This document shows, piece by piece, positions 27,594-38,038 of a stretch of DNA of 64,000 bases. The notes beneath the pieces were generated by a model. That model did not search any database. It was not told the DNA's origin and was given only the letters and a program-made list of their open reading frames with translations. The position numbers and the translations under genes were made by a program. The DNA is from Treponema sp. UBA1747 (GTDB taxonomy: Bacteria > Spirochaetota > Spirochaetia > Treponematales > Treponemataceae), in NCBI GenBank assembly GCA_002315375.1, contig DCHR01000039.1:1541-65540 (forward strand). Direction: 5' to 3'. Within the stretch, counting starts at the first letter, position 1, and every line of letters begins with the position of its first letter.

Positions 27594-29660
27594 ATGGCCG
27601 GACTTAGTATCCCGGGCGTCACAGACAAGTACAATACAAACGAAACAGTTGAAAAACTGATGCAGGTTGAAAGGATTCCGCTCACAAGGGAGCAGAAATC
27701 TCTTGATACTTTTAATGCACAACGAGACGCCTGGAGAGATGTAAACAGATTATTAACTTCTCTTCGCGACAGTACAAAAACCCTGTACTCTTATGAAAAT
27801 CCGTTTAACAATAAAATCACATCTTCAACAGATGAATATGCCATTACTGCAGATGCAAACCGAAGTGCAGAATTCCAGTCCTTCAAAATAGATGTAATCC
27901 AGCCTGCAACTTCAGACAAATTTCTTTCAGGTGAGCTTGAAAACAACTACAAGGTTCCTGCAGGAACTTACACTTTCAAAACAGGCGAAAAACAGCTTAC
28001 TTTTAACTGGAAAGGCGGTCTTTTAAAAGACTTTTCCGAAGCTGTAAATAAACGCGGTAAAAACATAGTAAAAACAATGATTGTCGGAGCAAGTGCCGGA
28101 AAAAAGACGCTTCTTATTGAAGGTTTACAGACAGGTAAAGAAAATCAGCTTATTTTCGAAGATGATTCAAAGAAATTTGCAGAAGAAATCGGAATGATTT
28201 CTCCTGTCAGAGACAACATAATTGAATTCGGAAAGAAGATGGAAGAAACCTCTGCTGCCCCACAGAAGGACTTTGGCGACGGACAGAGAATGCCTTCCCT
28301 TTCAAGAACAAAAGTATCTTTCTCAAAAGAAGCGGAATCCTTTGTTCTTGAGCCACGAGGCGCTTTCAAAATTGATCTTCCGGATTCCTTAAAACAGAAT
28401 AACAACCTGCATATTAAACTTTCCTTGCATGCAGACAAAACAAATGATATTACAATTCCACTGAACGAAACTCCGGCTTTCCCTGAAATTCCTGAAGGCA
28501 ACATGGCCGAATTCGGCGGAATCGAAATCCAGAACTTCGGATCAGATTCTCTTCTGAAGGTTCCAGACACACCTCCAGAGCCACTTGAAAAAATTGAATC
28601 AGAACGAATTATTTATGCTTTAATGAGAGACGGTTCAGAAAAACTTATTCCAACAAGAGACGTTCTCACAAAAGATTCTGAACTTGATATTGCTCTCAAT
28701 GAATATGAAAACATTACTGCTCTTGTTGTCCGAAACAGAAACACAGGTCACAACATTACAGTCAGCAAAATAGAAACTTACAATCCTCAAATCAAAACAG
28801 GTTATAAACCAAACAACGCAATTACAACTGCAGGGGATGCAATCATTAAATATGAAGGTATTACTATTACGCGTCCTTCAAATGATATTGATGATGTAGT
28901 ACCTGAAATCACTCTTCACGTTCATGAAAAAACAGAAAAGGCTGCAACAATTTCCATAAAACCTGATACAGAAGCTTCTAAAAATGCACTTATCGATTTT
29001 GTAGGAAAATATAATCAGACTGTTGCTGAAATAAACATTCTTTCCCAGGACAAGCGGGAAATCATCAATGAGCTTGATTACCTTTCTGATGAAGAAAAAG
29101 AAAAGGAAATGGAAAAACTTGGTATTTTCCAGACAGAATTCTCTTTGACTTCGATTAAATCAAACATGTCCAATATCATTACTTCAAGTTACCGTTATTC
29201 TGATGAAGCAATCGTTACAATGCTTGCAGATATTGGAATCGCAACAAATGCTTCCGGATTTTCAGGAAGCTATTCCCAGTCAAAACTCCGCGGTTATCTT
29301 GAAATTGATGAGAAAAAACTTGATGAAGCACTGGAAAACCATCTTGATGATATAAAAGGAATCTTCGGTTACGATTCAGACGGTGACCTGATTATTGATT
29401 CCGGCATTGCCTACAAAATGGATAAACAGATTGGAGCTTACACCCAGACAGGCGGGATTCTTGCATTAAAAACTTCATCCCTGGACTCAAAGATAAAGGA
29501 TTCAGAAAAGAGAATCGCTACCCTCGAAAGTCAGCTTGAAACAAAAGAGGCAAATCTCAGAAACAAGTACAGTCAGATGGAAGGCTCTTTAAGCAGTCTT
29601 GAAAACCAGCAGACTACAATTTCAAATTTCACAAAACAACAGCAAAATAATAACAAATAA
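27594..29660 (+). CDS. fliD: Flagellar filament cap protein FliD
   Basis: MAGLSIPG..VEKLMQVER, ITRPSNDIDDVVPEITL, FVGKYN, LEIDEKKL, C-terminal coiled coil. Confidence 0.93.
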   Translation: MAGLSIPGVTDKYNTNETVEKLMQVERIPLTREQKSLDTFNAQRDAWRDVNRLLTSLRDSTKTLYSYENPFNNKITSSTDEYAITADANRSAEFQSFKIDVIQPATSDKFLSGELENNYKVPAGTYTFKTGEKQLTFNWKGGLLKDFSEAVNKRGKNIVKTMIVGASAGKKTLLIEGLQTGKENQLIFEDDSKKFAEEIGMISPVRDNIIEFGKKMEETSAAPQKDFGDGQRMPSLSRTKVSFSKEAESFVLEPRGAFKIDLPDSLKQNNNLHIKLSLHADKTNDITIPLNETPAFPEIPEGNMAEFGGIEIQNFGSDSLLKVPDTPPEPLEKIESERIIYALMRDGSEKLIPTRDVLTKDSELDIALNEYENITALVVRNRNTGHNITVSKIETYNPQIKTGYKPNNAITTAGDAIIKYEGITITRPSNDIDDVVPEITLHVHEKTEKAATISIKPDTEASKNALIDFVGKYNQTVAEINILSQDKREIINELDYLSDEEKEKEMEKLGIFQTEFSLTSIKSNMSNIITSSYRYSDEAIVTMLADIGIATNASGFSGSYSQSKLRGYLEIDEKKLDEALENHLDDIKGIFGYDSDGDLIIDSGIAYKMDKQIGAYTQTGGILALKTSSLDSKIKDSEKRIATLESQLETKEANLRNKYSQMEGSLSSLENQQTTISNFTKQQQNNNK

Positions 29661-29680
29661 TCAGCAACCAGGAGACTACC

Positions 29681-30277
29681 ATGGAATTTTACATTAACGG
29701 CGATAAAGTCGATGTTCAGATTGAAGGTGAAAAAACTATTGGAGATGTCCTGCATTCTTTTGCCCAGGAATGTGAAAACAACAAAGCAGCAGTTATCGGA
29801 ATTAGAATAAACAATGAATCAGTAACCGCCGATATGTTCGACGAAGTTTCAAAAAAAGAACTTTCAGAAAACACAAAATTTGACTTTAATGTGGTGACTG
29901 AAACAGCAATAAAAGAATCTTTTGCAAACCTTGCAGGTTACCTTCAGACACTTGCTGAAGAAATCGAAGAAGTTCCTTCCCTCTTTATCAACGGAAAAGG
30001 AAATGAAGCCAATAACTCCATAAAGAAGCTCGCTGATGCAATTGACCAGTTTTGTCATGTTGCAGCCCTGGCTTCCCTCTTCCCGGAAACTTTCAATACA
30101 ACAAAAATCGGAGACAAAAACTTCACACAGTTCTTCGAAGATTTCTCTCCTATTCTGACTGACTTTGAAAATGCTCTGGCATCAAATGATACTGTCCTGG
30201 TTGGCGATCTCTGTGAATATGAAATCTGTCCCCGCCTTCATGAAATGGCAACCTCTCTTTCTACCAGCTGTCAGTAG
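29681..30277 (+). CDS. Hypothetical protein downstream of fliD
   Basis: 198-aa ORF with AGGAG SD; C-terminal DTVLVGDLCEYEI motif. Confidence 0.75.
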   Translation: MEFYINGDKVDVQIEGEKTIGDVLHSFAQECENNKAAVIGIRINNESVTADMFDEVSKKELSENTKFDFNVVTETAIKESFANLAGYLQTLAEEIEEVPSLFINGKGNEANNSIKKLADAIDQFCHVAALASLFPETFNTTKIGDKNFTQFFEDFSPILTDFENALASNDTVLVGDLCEYEICPRLHEMATSLSTSCQ

Positions 30278-30340
30278 GATTCCCCATTTCAGTTTTTCTA
30301 GTGGAAATAATAGAGATTTTTAGGTATAATATTCATAAGT

Positions 30341-30604
30341 ATGAAGGTTCTTGAATTCAGAAACTTAGCAAGAGAAGAAGGACAGATTTTCTATATGAGA
30401 AAATACAGTTGCGATGCAGTATTTGAACTGCCAACTTCTGTCCTTGAATCCAAAGTGAATTTCTCAATTGAAATGTCTCCTCTCGGTGAAAGAATGGTTA
30501 ACATTACTTTTCCTGAACCTCTCAACTACCCGATTTTACCGGTAAAAAAAGCACTGAAAGATTTTATTCTTCAGCAGGATAAAGAAGGCCACTTACCGTG
30601 CTGA
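30341..30604 (+). CDS. Hypothetical protein
   Basis: 87-aa ORF after a TATAAT; overlaps the tsaE start. Confidence 0.65.
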   Translation: MKVLEFRNLAREEGQIFYMRKYSCDAVFELPTSVLESKVNFSIEMSPLGERMVNITFPEPLNYPILPVKKALKDFILQQDKEGHLPC

Positions 30605-31032
30605 CATTCATTACAAAAACCCCGGATGAGACAATTGATCTGGGCCGCAAAATCGGGCGGCTTCTGAAGAAAGGTGATATCCTTGCAATGCAGGGAACAC
30701 TTGCTGCGGGTAAAACAACAATCACAAAAGGTATAGCAGAATCTCTTGGTGTAACAGACACAATTACAAGTCCGACTTTCTGTCTCATTTCTGAATACGA
30801 AGGTAAAATGCCCCTTTATCATATGGATGTTTATCGCCTGGAAGGAACTGATGACTTTGAAAACCTGGGAACTGATGACATGCTTTATGGAGAAGGGATT
30901 TCCATCATCGAGTGGTCTGAAAAAATAATGGATGCCCTTCCTAAAAAAACTATCATTCTTAAACTTGAACCACAGGACGACGGCTCAAGAATAATTACAA
31001 TTCAAAACTGGCAGAACGGAGATATTTCATAA
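30598..31032 (+). CDS. tsaE: t6A biosynthesis ATPase TsaE
   Basis: GTLAAGKTT, ITSPTF, YHMDVYRL, IIEWSE. Confidence 0.95.
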   Translation: MLTFITKTPDETIDLGRKIGRLLKKGDILAMQGTLAAGKTTITKGIAESLGVTDTITSPTFCLISEYEGKMPLYHMDVYRLEGTDDFENLGTDDMLYGEGISIIEWSEKIMDALPKKTIILKLEPQDDGSRIITIQNWQNGDIS

Positions 31033-31721
31033 TGAAAGGACTTGCTGTTGATTCAAGCATCACAAAGATTTCAATTGCTGCAAAAAATGATGATTATACT
31101 GTAACTGCATCCTATGACATAGGAATGAAACAGTCTGAGACTCTCCTTCCAGCCATTGGTTATGTTCTTGAAAAAGCAGGTCTTACTCCTCAGGATCTGG
31201 ATTATACCTGTATTTGCCAGGGGCCCGGAAGTTTTACAGGTCTTCGCCTTGGATTTGCAGCTGTAAAAGCTTTTGAATGTGCTGTAAAAAAAACTCTTTA
31301 TGGAATTTCAACACTCAAAGCCAATGCATGGGCTCTGGAAAATCTCAGTACCCTTGTTGTTTCCGTTATTGATGCAAAAAAAGATAGATTTTACGCCACT
31401 GCCTATAAAAACGGTACCGAACTTTTTTCTGAAGATGATTATCCTTATGAAAAACTGGCAGAACTTTTAAATAAATGCGAAGAAACTTCTTTTGTTCTTG
31501 CAGGTCCTCTCCCTGACTGCAAGGTTTTCTGCGAAAATGTTGCTCCCCTTCTTAACGGGAAAACAGTAAATGTTCCCAAAGCTGTTCCACCTGCAACAGA
31601 CGCTCTTTTTGCAATAACAGAAAAAATGATTTCTGAAGGCAAAGCACCACTTGCAGAATATGACGGTCCTGTTTATCTGCGGGTTTCGGAAGCCGAAGAA
31701 AACATTTCCAAAACAAAATAA
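31032..31721 (+). CDS. tsaB: t6A biosynthesis protein TsaB
   Basis: LAVDSS, GPGSFTGLRLG, IDAKK, PVYLR. Confidence 0.94.
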   Translation: MKGLAVDSSITKISIAAKNDDYTVTASYDIGMKQSETLLPAIGYVLEKAGLTPQDLDYTCICQGPGSFTGLRLGFAAVKAFECAVKKTLYGISTLKANAWALENLSTLVVSVIDAKKDRFYATAYKNGTELFSEDDYPYEKLAELLNKCEETSFVLAGPLPDCKVFCENVAPLLNGKTVNVPKAVPPATDALFAITEKMISEGKAPLAEYDGPVYLRVSEAEENISKTK

Positions 31722-31791
31722 CTGATTCCTTATTTTAACCTGTTAAAAATCACACATTTATCCCTTTTTTCAGTATAATCATTCTTACAAT

Positions 31792-33807
31792 ATGATAGAT
31801 TTGGAAGAACTCAGGAAACAGCTCAATCCGGAACAATTCAGAGCTGTCAGCACAATAAATGGACCTATTCTCATTATCGCGGGTGCCGGAAGCGGAAAAA
31901 CCCGTGTAATTACTTACAGAATTGCACATATGCTGGATTCCGGTATTCCTCAGAGCCAGATCTTAGCCCTTACTTTTACAAATAAAGCAGCAAAAGAAAT
32001 GGAAACCCGTATCAAGGAGCTTACAGGTAAAAAACTTCAGAACCTGACCGTTTCTACTTTCCATGCATTTGGAGTTCAGGTGCTGCGCCATGATATTGAT
32101 AAGCTTGGATTCCGCGATAACTTTTCTATCTATGATGAAACTGACCGCACTGCCCTGATTAAAGAATGCGGACGGGAATTGAAATTCAGTCCTGATGCCA
32201 TGGACACCTACATGATCGGGAACCTTTTTTCCAACATCAAGACAGGCAGAAAAAACTGGGAAACCGCCAGCGATATGTATAAACCTCTCTATGAGTGTTA
32301 TCAGGAAGGCTTAAAACTTTATAACGCAGTAGATTTTGATGATCTTATAGTTCTCCCTATCCGTCTTTTCAAGGAACACCCGGAAGTTCTTGCAAGATAT
32401 AAAGAACGTTTCAAGTACATTATGGTTGATGAATTCCAGGACACAAGTCACCAGCAGTATGAATTAATGCACCTTCTGGCTCAGGACAATGTTGCAGTTG
32501 TTGGAGATGATGACCAGAGTATCTATTCCTGGCGTGGTGCTGATTATCAGAATATAGTTTCCTTTGAAAAGGATTTTCCAAATGTGCAGGAAATTCGTCT
32601 TGAACAGAATTACAGGTCTACTGAAACAATTCTGGAAGCCGCAAACGGCGTAATCAGCCACAATACTAACAGAAAAGATAAAAAACTCTGGAGCGGAAAC
32701 GGAGGCGGTAAACCAATTGAAATTTTCATGCCTCAAAACGAAACCGATGAAGCTGATTTTATTGCTGAACAGATTCTTTCAATTTCAATGGAAGAAAAAA
32801 GAAAATATGATGAGTTCGGGGTTTTAATCCGCGCAAATACTCAGTCCCGATTTATTGAAGAAGCATTCCTTGAAAACAATATTCCTTATACAATGAGCGG
32901 CGGAACTTCTTTCTTTGAAAGAAAAGAAATCAAAGACGTTATCAGTTATTTAAGAGTTATTTCTAATCACGATGACGACATTAACCTTCTCCGAATCATT
33001 AATACTCCACGACGAGGAATCGGCCGTGCAACAATCCAAATGATGAACGATGCCTCTGAAACCTTCGGCTGCACTCTCTGGAATTCGATCAAATACCTGA
33101 TTGAAGCACAGGGGTCTCCTGCCAATGACGCAGTAAAAGAAGACCTTCAGGGCTTTGTAAATATCATCGAAACAAACAGAACTAAGCTTTTAAGCGGTCG
33201 CGGACTTCATCAGAAAGTCCGGTCTTTAATTGATGAAATCAATTACAAAGACTTTCTGATGCTTGAAAATCAAAAAAGCGAAAAAGCCTTTGCCTTTAAA
33301 TTAAAAAACATCGAATTTCTTTTAAGCTCTATGGAAACCTGGGAAAATAACCCGGAAAACACTTCTCCAAGTCTCTATAATTACCTGAACAGAATTACTT
33401 TGATTTCCCGTGATGATATGAATGATGAAAATGACAAAGGAAAAGTGAACCTGATGACAATTCATGCTTCAAAAGGTCTGGAATTCCCTGTTGTTTTTAT
33501 TGCTGGTTGCGAAGAAGGCCTTATTCCTCATGCCCGAAGTGTTGAAGAAAATGGTGGAAATGTAGAAGAAGAACGACGCCTTTTCTACGTTGCAATTACA
33601 AGAGCCCGTAACAAGCTTTTTCTTACTTCCTGTATGAAACGCAGAAGGCAGCAGATGATTGTAGACTCTGAACCTTCAAGATTTCTGGATGAAATACCGC
33701 CAAACCTGGTTGAATACAGTACAGCTTCGGAACCTGTATCGGAAGAAACAGGACATGATTTTTTCCAGAGCATGCTGGATTCATTCAAAGCTCAAATGGA
33801 TAAATAA
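31792..33807 (+). CDS. UvrD/Rep/PcrA-family DNA helicase
   Basis: AGAGSGKT, TFTNKAA, VDEFQD, VGDDDQSIY, LEQNYRS, TIHASKGLEF, EERRLFYVAITRA. Confidence 0.95.
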   Translation: MIDLEELRKQLNPEQFRAVSTINGPILIIAGAGSGKTRVITYRIAHMLDSGIPQSQILALTFTNKAAKEMETRIKELTGKKLQNLTVSTFHAFGVQVLRHDIDKLGFRDNFSIYDETDRTALIKECGRELKFSPDAMDTYMIGNLFSNIKTGRKNWETASDMYKPLYECYQEGLKLYNAVDFDDLIVLPIRLFKEHPEVLARYKERFKYIMVDEFQDTSHQQYELMHLLAQDNVAVVGDDDQSIYSWRGADYQNIVSFEKDFPNVQEIRLEQNYRSTETILEAANGVISHNTNRKDKKLWSGNGGGKPIEIFMPQNETDEADFIAEQILSISMEEKRKYDEFGVLIRANTQSRFIEEAFLENNIPYTMSGGTSFFERKEIKDVISYLRVISNHDDDINLLRIINTPRRGIGRATIQMMNDASETFGCTLWNSIKYLIEAQGSPANDAVKEDLQGFVNIIETNRTKLLSGRGLHQKVRSLIDEINYKDFLMLENQKSEKAFAFKLKNIEFLLSSMETWENNPENTSPSLYNYLNRITLISRDDMNDENDKGKVNLMTIHASKGLEFPVVFIAGCEEGLIPHARSVEENGGNVEEERRLFYVAITRARNKLFLTSCMKRRRQQMIVDSEPSRFLDEIPPNLVEYSTASEPVSEETGHDFFQSMLDSFKAQMDK

Positions 33808-33878
33808 AAAAGGAGCTGACTCAAGGTTCGTCTAACTTCCCCTTCGAATCAACCCCTTTTTTCTTTTCATTGCTTTTT

Positions 33879-34745
33879 CTAAGCTACATTTTTAGCCTGT
33901 TCACGGATATTTTCAATCGAATCCTTTGCTGTAATAACCATTGCTCCGACTTCAGCACTCTGGTTCTTGCTTCCGATTGTATTTATTTCACGGTTTATTT
34001 CCTGACACAAGAAATCCAGTTTTTTTCCGGGATAAGGATTGTCTGTCATTTCCTGACGCATGGCTTTCAAATGACTCTTTAATCTGACAATCTCTTCATT
34101 GATTGTATACTTAACCACCAGTGCAGCAGTTTCTGTCATAACCCGGTTTTCATCAACCTGATCTCCAAGAAGCTCCTTGAATTTTGAAAGAATCATTTCT
34201 TTAAAATGGCTTTCCATTTCTGGCTGCCATTTTGCAAAACATTCAGCACATTCATCAAGTTTTGAAAGTTTCCGGAATAAATCTTCAGAAAGATTTGCGC
34301 CTTCGCGGACACAATCAGCAAGGTATTTATCCAATGATTCATTAAAAACAGGAAGAATCATTTCCTTATATAATTCTACATCATAACCGGAAGTAATGTT
34401 CAAAACTCCAGGCTGTGAAACTATAAGAGAAAGAGGAACTTCCTTTTCATAGCCACAGGCTTCGGATATTTTTTTCAAGGCTTCCATATATGAGACTGCA
34501 GCCTGTGTATCAGCAACAACAACGTTTGAAGACTGCAGTTCCCTTACTTTGATATAAACATCAACTTTTCCGCGTGTAATTTTTTCAGAAACCAGACTTC
34601 TGAAAAAACTCTCCAGAGGATTCAAAAACGGTGGAAGATTAATAGACAAATCCAGAAACCGCGAATTAACAGATTTCAACTCTACTGAAATCTGTGCTTT
34701 TTCATTAGTTTTTTCGGTATATGCATACCCTGTCATGCTTGTCAT
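33879..34745 (-). CDS. YicC/YloC-family endoribonuclease
   Basis: SMTGY, ELKSVNSRFLD, RGKVD, EEIVRL, GKKLDFLCQEINREINTIGSK. Confidence 0.93.
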   Translation of the reverse strand: MTSMTGYAYTEKTNEKAQISVELKSVNSRFLDLSINLPPFLNPLESFFRSLVSEKITRGKVDVYIKVRELQSSNVVVADTQAAVSYMEALKKISEACGYEKEVPLSLIVSQPGVLNITSGYDVELYKEMILPVFNESLDKYLADCVREGANLSEDLFRKLSKLDECAECFAKWQPEMESHFKEMILSKFKELLGDQVDENRVMTETAALVVKYTINEEIVRLKSHLKAMRQEMTDNPYPGKKLDFLCQEINREINTIGSKNQSAEVGAMVITAKDSIENIREQAKNVA

Positions 34746-34757
34746 TTGATTAAATCC

Positions 34758-36527
34758 TTATTTCTTTTTCTTTCCGACACATCCTACGCGATTCAAAGGA
34801 AGGAAACGGTAAAAAGGTTTTCCAAGAATATATTTCTTATTCAGATACTGAGGTTCCATATAGGAAACATATTTAATTGATTTAGAATCTGATTTTGTCA
34901 AAACTTTGGCTGAAGGTTCATAAGCATGTCTTAAATCCAGAGAATTAAACCGGTTATCTCCCATCATGAAATAACAGTTCTCAGGAATATAAACTGCATT
35001 TCCATTACTGTCATTTGCAGGGAAAACAGGCATATTTCTCATATCCAGATATCCAGGAACCTGAATGGAATTGTATTCATTGCCTTGAACATACCAGAGA
35101 ATTTTTTCTGCAAGAGATTCATATTCAAGAAGTTCAGTATCTGTTGACCAGTTCAAAGATGAAACCCCGGCTTTTATCATTTCTGCATTTTTCAAGACAA
35201 TATTTCCGAGAGTAACTTTTGCCATTACATTCAGGCGGAAATTACTTTCATCGTAAGGGTCACGAATCTTGTCTTTTTCGGAAATCCAGGAAGAAATGAA
35301 ATCAGAGAACCATTCTTCACCACCCTTCTGTGTCATGATTTTGATAGCCAGTTCATATCTGCCTTTGAATAAGGTATGGAGAAGAAGATTTGGTTCAGAA
35401 AAATCACCGGCTTTTGTTTCATTAACATACCGGCTTAATTTTTCTGAGATTTCCTTTACACGGAAAGCCGCAGCATCCAGGTCGTAATTTCTCCTTTCTT
35501 CTTCAAAACTAAGCATACCTTCATATTCGGACTGAGAAAGAGGGAATGTTTCGATTTTTGATTTTACATTTTTCTGAGTATCATTCAAATTCCAGCAGGC
35601 ATAATCTTCGTTACCAGGAATTGGTTTAAAGACATCGCTCTTATTTGTACGCGTGTACAGAATACCATCCTGCATAACCAGCTGTTCCCCCTGCAGACCG
35701 GCAATTCGTTTTACAAGAGGATCAGCCTTCATTTCGCCATTTTCATCTTTATTCAGGTTTACACCCATAAAGGTAAGCTTATAAATCAACTGGGCTACTA
35801 CAGTTTTTACTTCAGACTGATGATCCAGAGTGTAATGAGGGTTTCTTATAACAACTATATCTCCTCTTTTATAATCTGAAAAATCGTCCAGACCTGCATC
35901 GCTCAAAGGAAATTTTGGACCGCTGCCTATTTTTTCAACAACGACACGATCCTTTATAAGAAATTCAGGAACCATAGATTCCGATGGAATTACATAAAGC
36001 TCGAAGAAGAAAACCTGAAAAATGAAAACAAGGAAAACTACCTGAAGAAGTGCGTCAATCCAGTCAACAATTTCATAAACAAGGCGCCCAAGCCCGATAG
36101 GCTTCTTTCTTTTTTCACAGGTTTCCAGCCAGAAATCATCCAGCCTGGATACCCGCTTGTCAGACATATAATACTGAAGGACAAATGAAAAAATAAAAAC
36201 AAATACCCATAAAAGGCCGCAGATTACATCAAGCCAGTAAGGTTTCCCTGTAGCACCTGCCCTTTGAATAATGAAAGTCAAAAGGAAAACAGTAGGAACA
36301 TACTGAACGAATTTAAGAGTATGGAAGAAATATTTCTGTTTTTTTCCTTTCACCACCTTAAAAAAACCGAACCAGATAAAAAAGCCCGTAAAAACAGCAG
36401 AAAGCGGAAAAGCCAGAAGAGAAATATCACATTTGAAACTTATTGTACTAAAAGTGAAAAATACGGAAAGAATCAGTTCAATCAGAAGAAAAACTGAAAA
36501 AAGTTTTGAATACTTAATTTTTTGCAT
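34758..36527 (-). CDS. lepB: Signal peptidase I with multi-pass N-terminus and large insertion
   Basis: IPSESM (catalytic Ser), LVKRI (catalytic Lys), FMMGDNRFNSLDLR. Confidence 0.9.
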   Translation of the reverse strand: MQKIKYSKLFSVFLLIELILSVFFTFSTISFKCDISLLAFPLSAVFTGFFIWFGFFKVVKGKKQKYFFHTLKFVQYVPTVFLLTFIIQRAGATGKPYWLDVICGLLWVFVFIFSFVLQYYMSDKRVSRLDDFWLETCEKRKKPIGLGRLVYEIVDWIDALLQVVFLVFIFQVFFFELYVIPSESMVPEFLIKDRVVVEKIGSGPKFPLSDAGLDDFSDYKRGDIVVIRNPHYTLDHQSEVKTVVAQLIYKLTFMGVNLNKDENGEMKADPLVKRIAGLQGEQLVMQDGILYTRTNKSDVFKPIPGNEDYACWNLNDTQKNVKSKIETFPLSQSEYEGMLSFEEERRNYDLDAAAFRVKEISEKLSRYVNETKAGDFSEPNLLLHTLFKGRYELAIKIMTQKGGEEWFSDFISSWISEKDKIRDPYDESNFRLNVMAKVTLGNIVLKNAEMIKAGVSSLNWSTDTELLEYESLAEKILWYVQGNEYNSIQVPGYLDMRNMPVFPANDSNGNAVYIPENCYFMMGDNRFNSLDLRHAYEPSAKVLTKSDSKSIKYVSYMEPQYLNKKYILGKPFYRFLPLNRVGCVGKKKK

Positions 36528-36573
36528 ATATTAAATATAGCAAAAATTCAGTGAATAAACTAGAATTAATTAT

Positions 36574-36921
36574 ATGCAAAAAGAAATACTTAACACCGAA
36601 GCTGCTCTTGAAATGCTTTCTGGAGAGAAAGATTTATACAAAATGCTCATCGACGCATTCATTTCTGACAGTCCTAACAACCTGGATTCAATCGATAACT
36701 TAATTGACGAAGGAAAAAACGAAGAAGCCCGTGCTTATTCACACAAAATTAAAGGATCTGCAAGCCAGATTGGGGCTGAACAACTTACCTTTGCGCTTCA
36801 GTACCTTGAAGACTCATTAAAAGGTAACATGACAGCCGATGTAAAGGCCCTGTCAAAAAACGCAAGTTTTGTTTACTCTAAAACCATTTCCTTCATCAAG
36901 GAATATAGAAATAAACTTTAG
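36574..36921 (+). CDS. Stand-alone Hpt (histidine phosphotransfer) protein
   Basis: SHKIKGSASQIGAEQL matches the HxLKGSA Hpt motif. Confidence 0.85.
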   Translation: MQKEILNTEAALEMLSGEKDLYKMLIDAFISDSPNNLDSIDNLIDEGKNEEARAYSHKIKGSASQIGAEQLTFALQYLEDSLKGNMTADVKALSKNASFVYSKTISFIKEYRNKL

Positions 36922-36929
36922 TTTTGATT

Positions 36930-37706
36930 TCAGTCAATTCCATATAAATTACTGAAATTCCTGTTTATTGTTTCACAAAAACTCATAAAATCCTGTTCAA
37001 TCAGTTTTGATTCGGACAGGTTTTCTTTTTTTATTCTGAAACCTTCTTCATATATTTTCTTAATTTCCAGAGGACTTGTATAATCCTCATTTTTCAATTT
37101 CTGGTAAGGAGCATCAGTTTCAAAAAGAAGATTATTTGAAGGAAGTTTCAAAACAAGTTCCAGAACCTTCTTGTTATTATTAAAAATCTGTTTCCCAAAA
37201 CTAAAACAGCAGTTTATTCCTTTCCTGATAAAAGATTCGGCTTCAACAAAACTGCCCATAAAAGAATGAAACTGAACTCCCGGAAGCAAAGAAAGCTCTC
37301 TGGAATATGAAAAAAGGATTTCATTTGCCTTTCTGCAATGGATAACCACAGGAAGAGAATTACTCAAAGCGATTTCCAGCTGGTTTTCAAATATTTCTTT
37401 TTGAATATCCTTTATTTTCTTTAATTCAGGGGTATAAAAATCAAAACCGAACTCCCCCACAGCTTTAATCATTCCGCTTTTTGCCAGGTTTTCAAGATAA
37501 TCCAGCCAGGATTTTTCCGGATTCTGGGGATGAATTCCAAAGGATTTTATAAAACCTTTTTTTTCTTGAAGAATATTAAAATCATCTTCTGAATGACAGG
37601 AAATGCATCCTCCGATTCCCTGAATCTCATCAATGTTTTTACCGGATATTTCAAGGAAATCCTTCAGGTGAAAATGTGAATCAAAAAAGCAAATATTTTC
37701 TAACAT
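36930..37706 (-). CDS. TatD-family hydrolase
   Basis: DSHFH, GIHP, VGEFGFDF, VIHCRKA, FHSF, LFETDAP. Confidence 0.9.
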   Translation of the reverse strand: MLENICFFDSHFHLKDFLEISGKNIDEIQGIGGCISCHSEDDFNILQEKKGFIKSFGIHPQNPEKSWLDYLENLAKSGMIKAVGEFGFDFYTPELKKIKDIQKEIFENQLEIALSNSLPVVIHCRKANEILFSYSRELSLLPGVQFHSFMGSFVEAESFIRKGINCCFSFGKQIFNNNKKVLELVLKLPSNNLLFETDAPYQKLKNEDYTSPLEIKKIYEEGFRIKKENLSESKLIEQDFMSFCETINRNFSNLYGID

Positions 37707-37770
37707 TTTTTTATTTTAAGCCGAAAAATAAATATAAAACTAAACTCATATTAATATACGGGAGGCGTAT

Positions 37771-37983
37771 ATGAAAAGTTTTGCACTCAAAAGTATCGGT
37801 AACAAACAGGATTTTCTCACTATTGTTCGCGAAATGGATGACGGTTATGTTGTAAGAATCATCCGCGACCTGGACGGTTACGAAGACGTTAAAACAGACT
37901 ACATCAGCAAAGAATTATTTGAAAGCTGCATCAGAACAGGATATCTTACAGAAATCAAAGAAGCAGTTTCTGTAGCTGTTTAA
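37771..37983 (+). CDS. Small hypothetical protein (70 aa)
   Basis: GGAGG SD, downstream hairpin at 37995-38019, codon style of a highly expressed gene. Confidence 0.75.
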   Translation: MKSFALKSIGNKQDFLTIVREMDDGYVVRIIRDLDGYEDVKTDYISKELFESCIRTGYLTEIKEAVSVAV

Positions 37984-38038
37984 TTAATCTTAAAGCGGTA
38001 TTTATTTCATAAATACCGCATAATTTCAATTTCGAATA

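Noticed and set aside
34758-36527. Unusually long signal peptidase as a novel fusion
   Set aside because: Extra TM segments and insertions are, to my knowledge, common in spirochete LepB, and the catalytic motifs are normal
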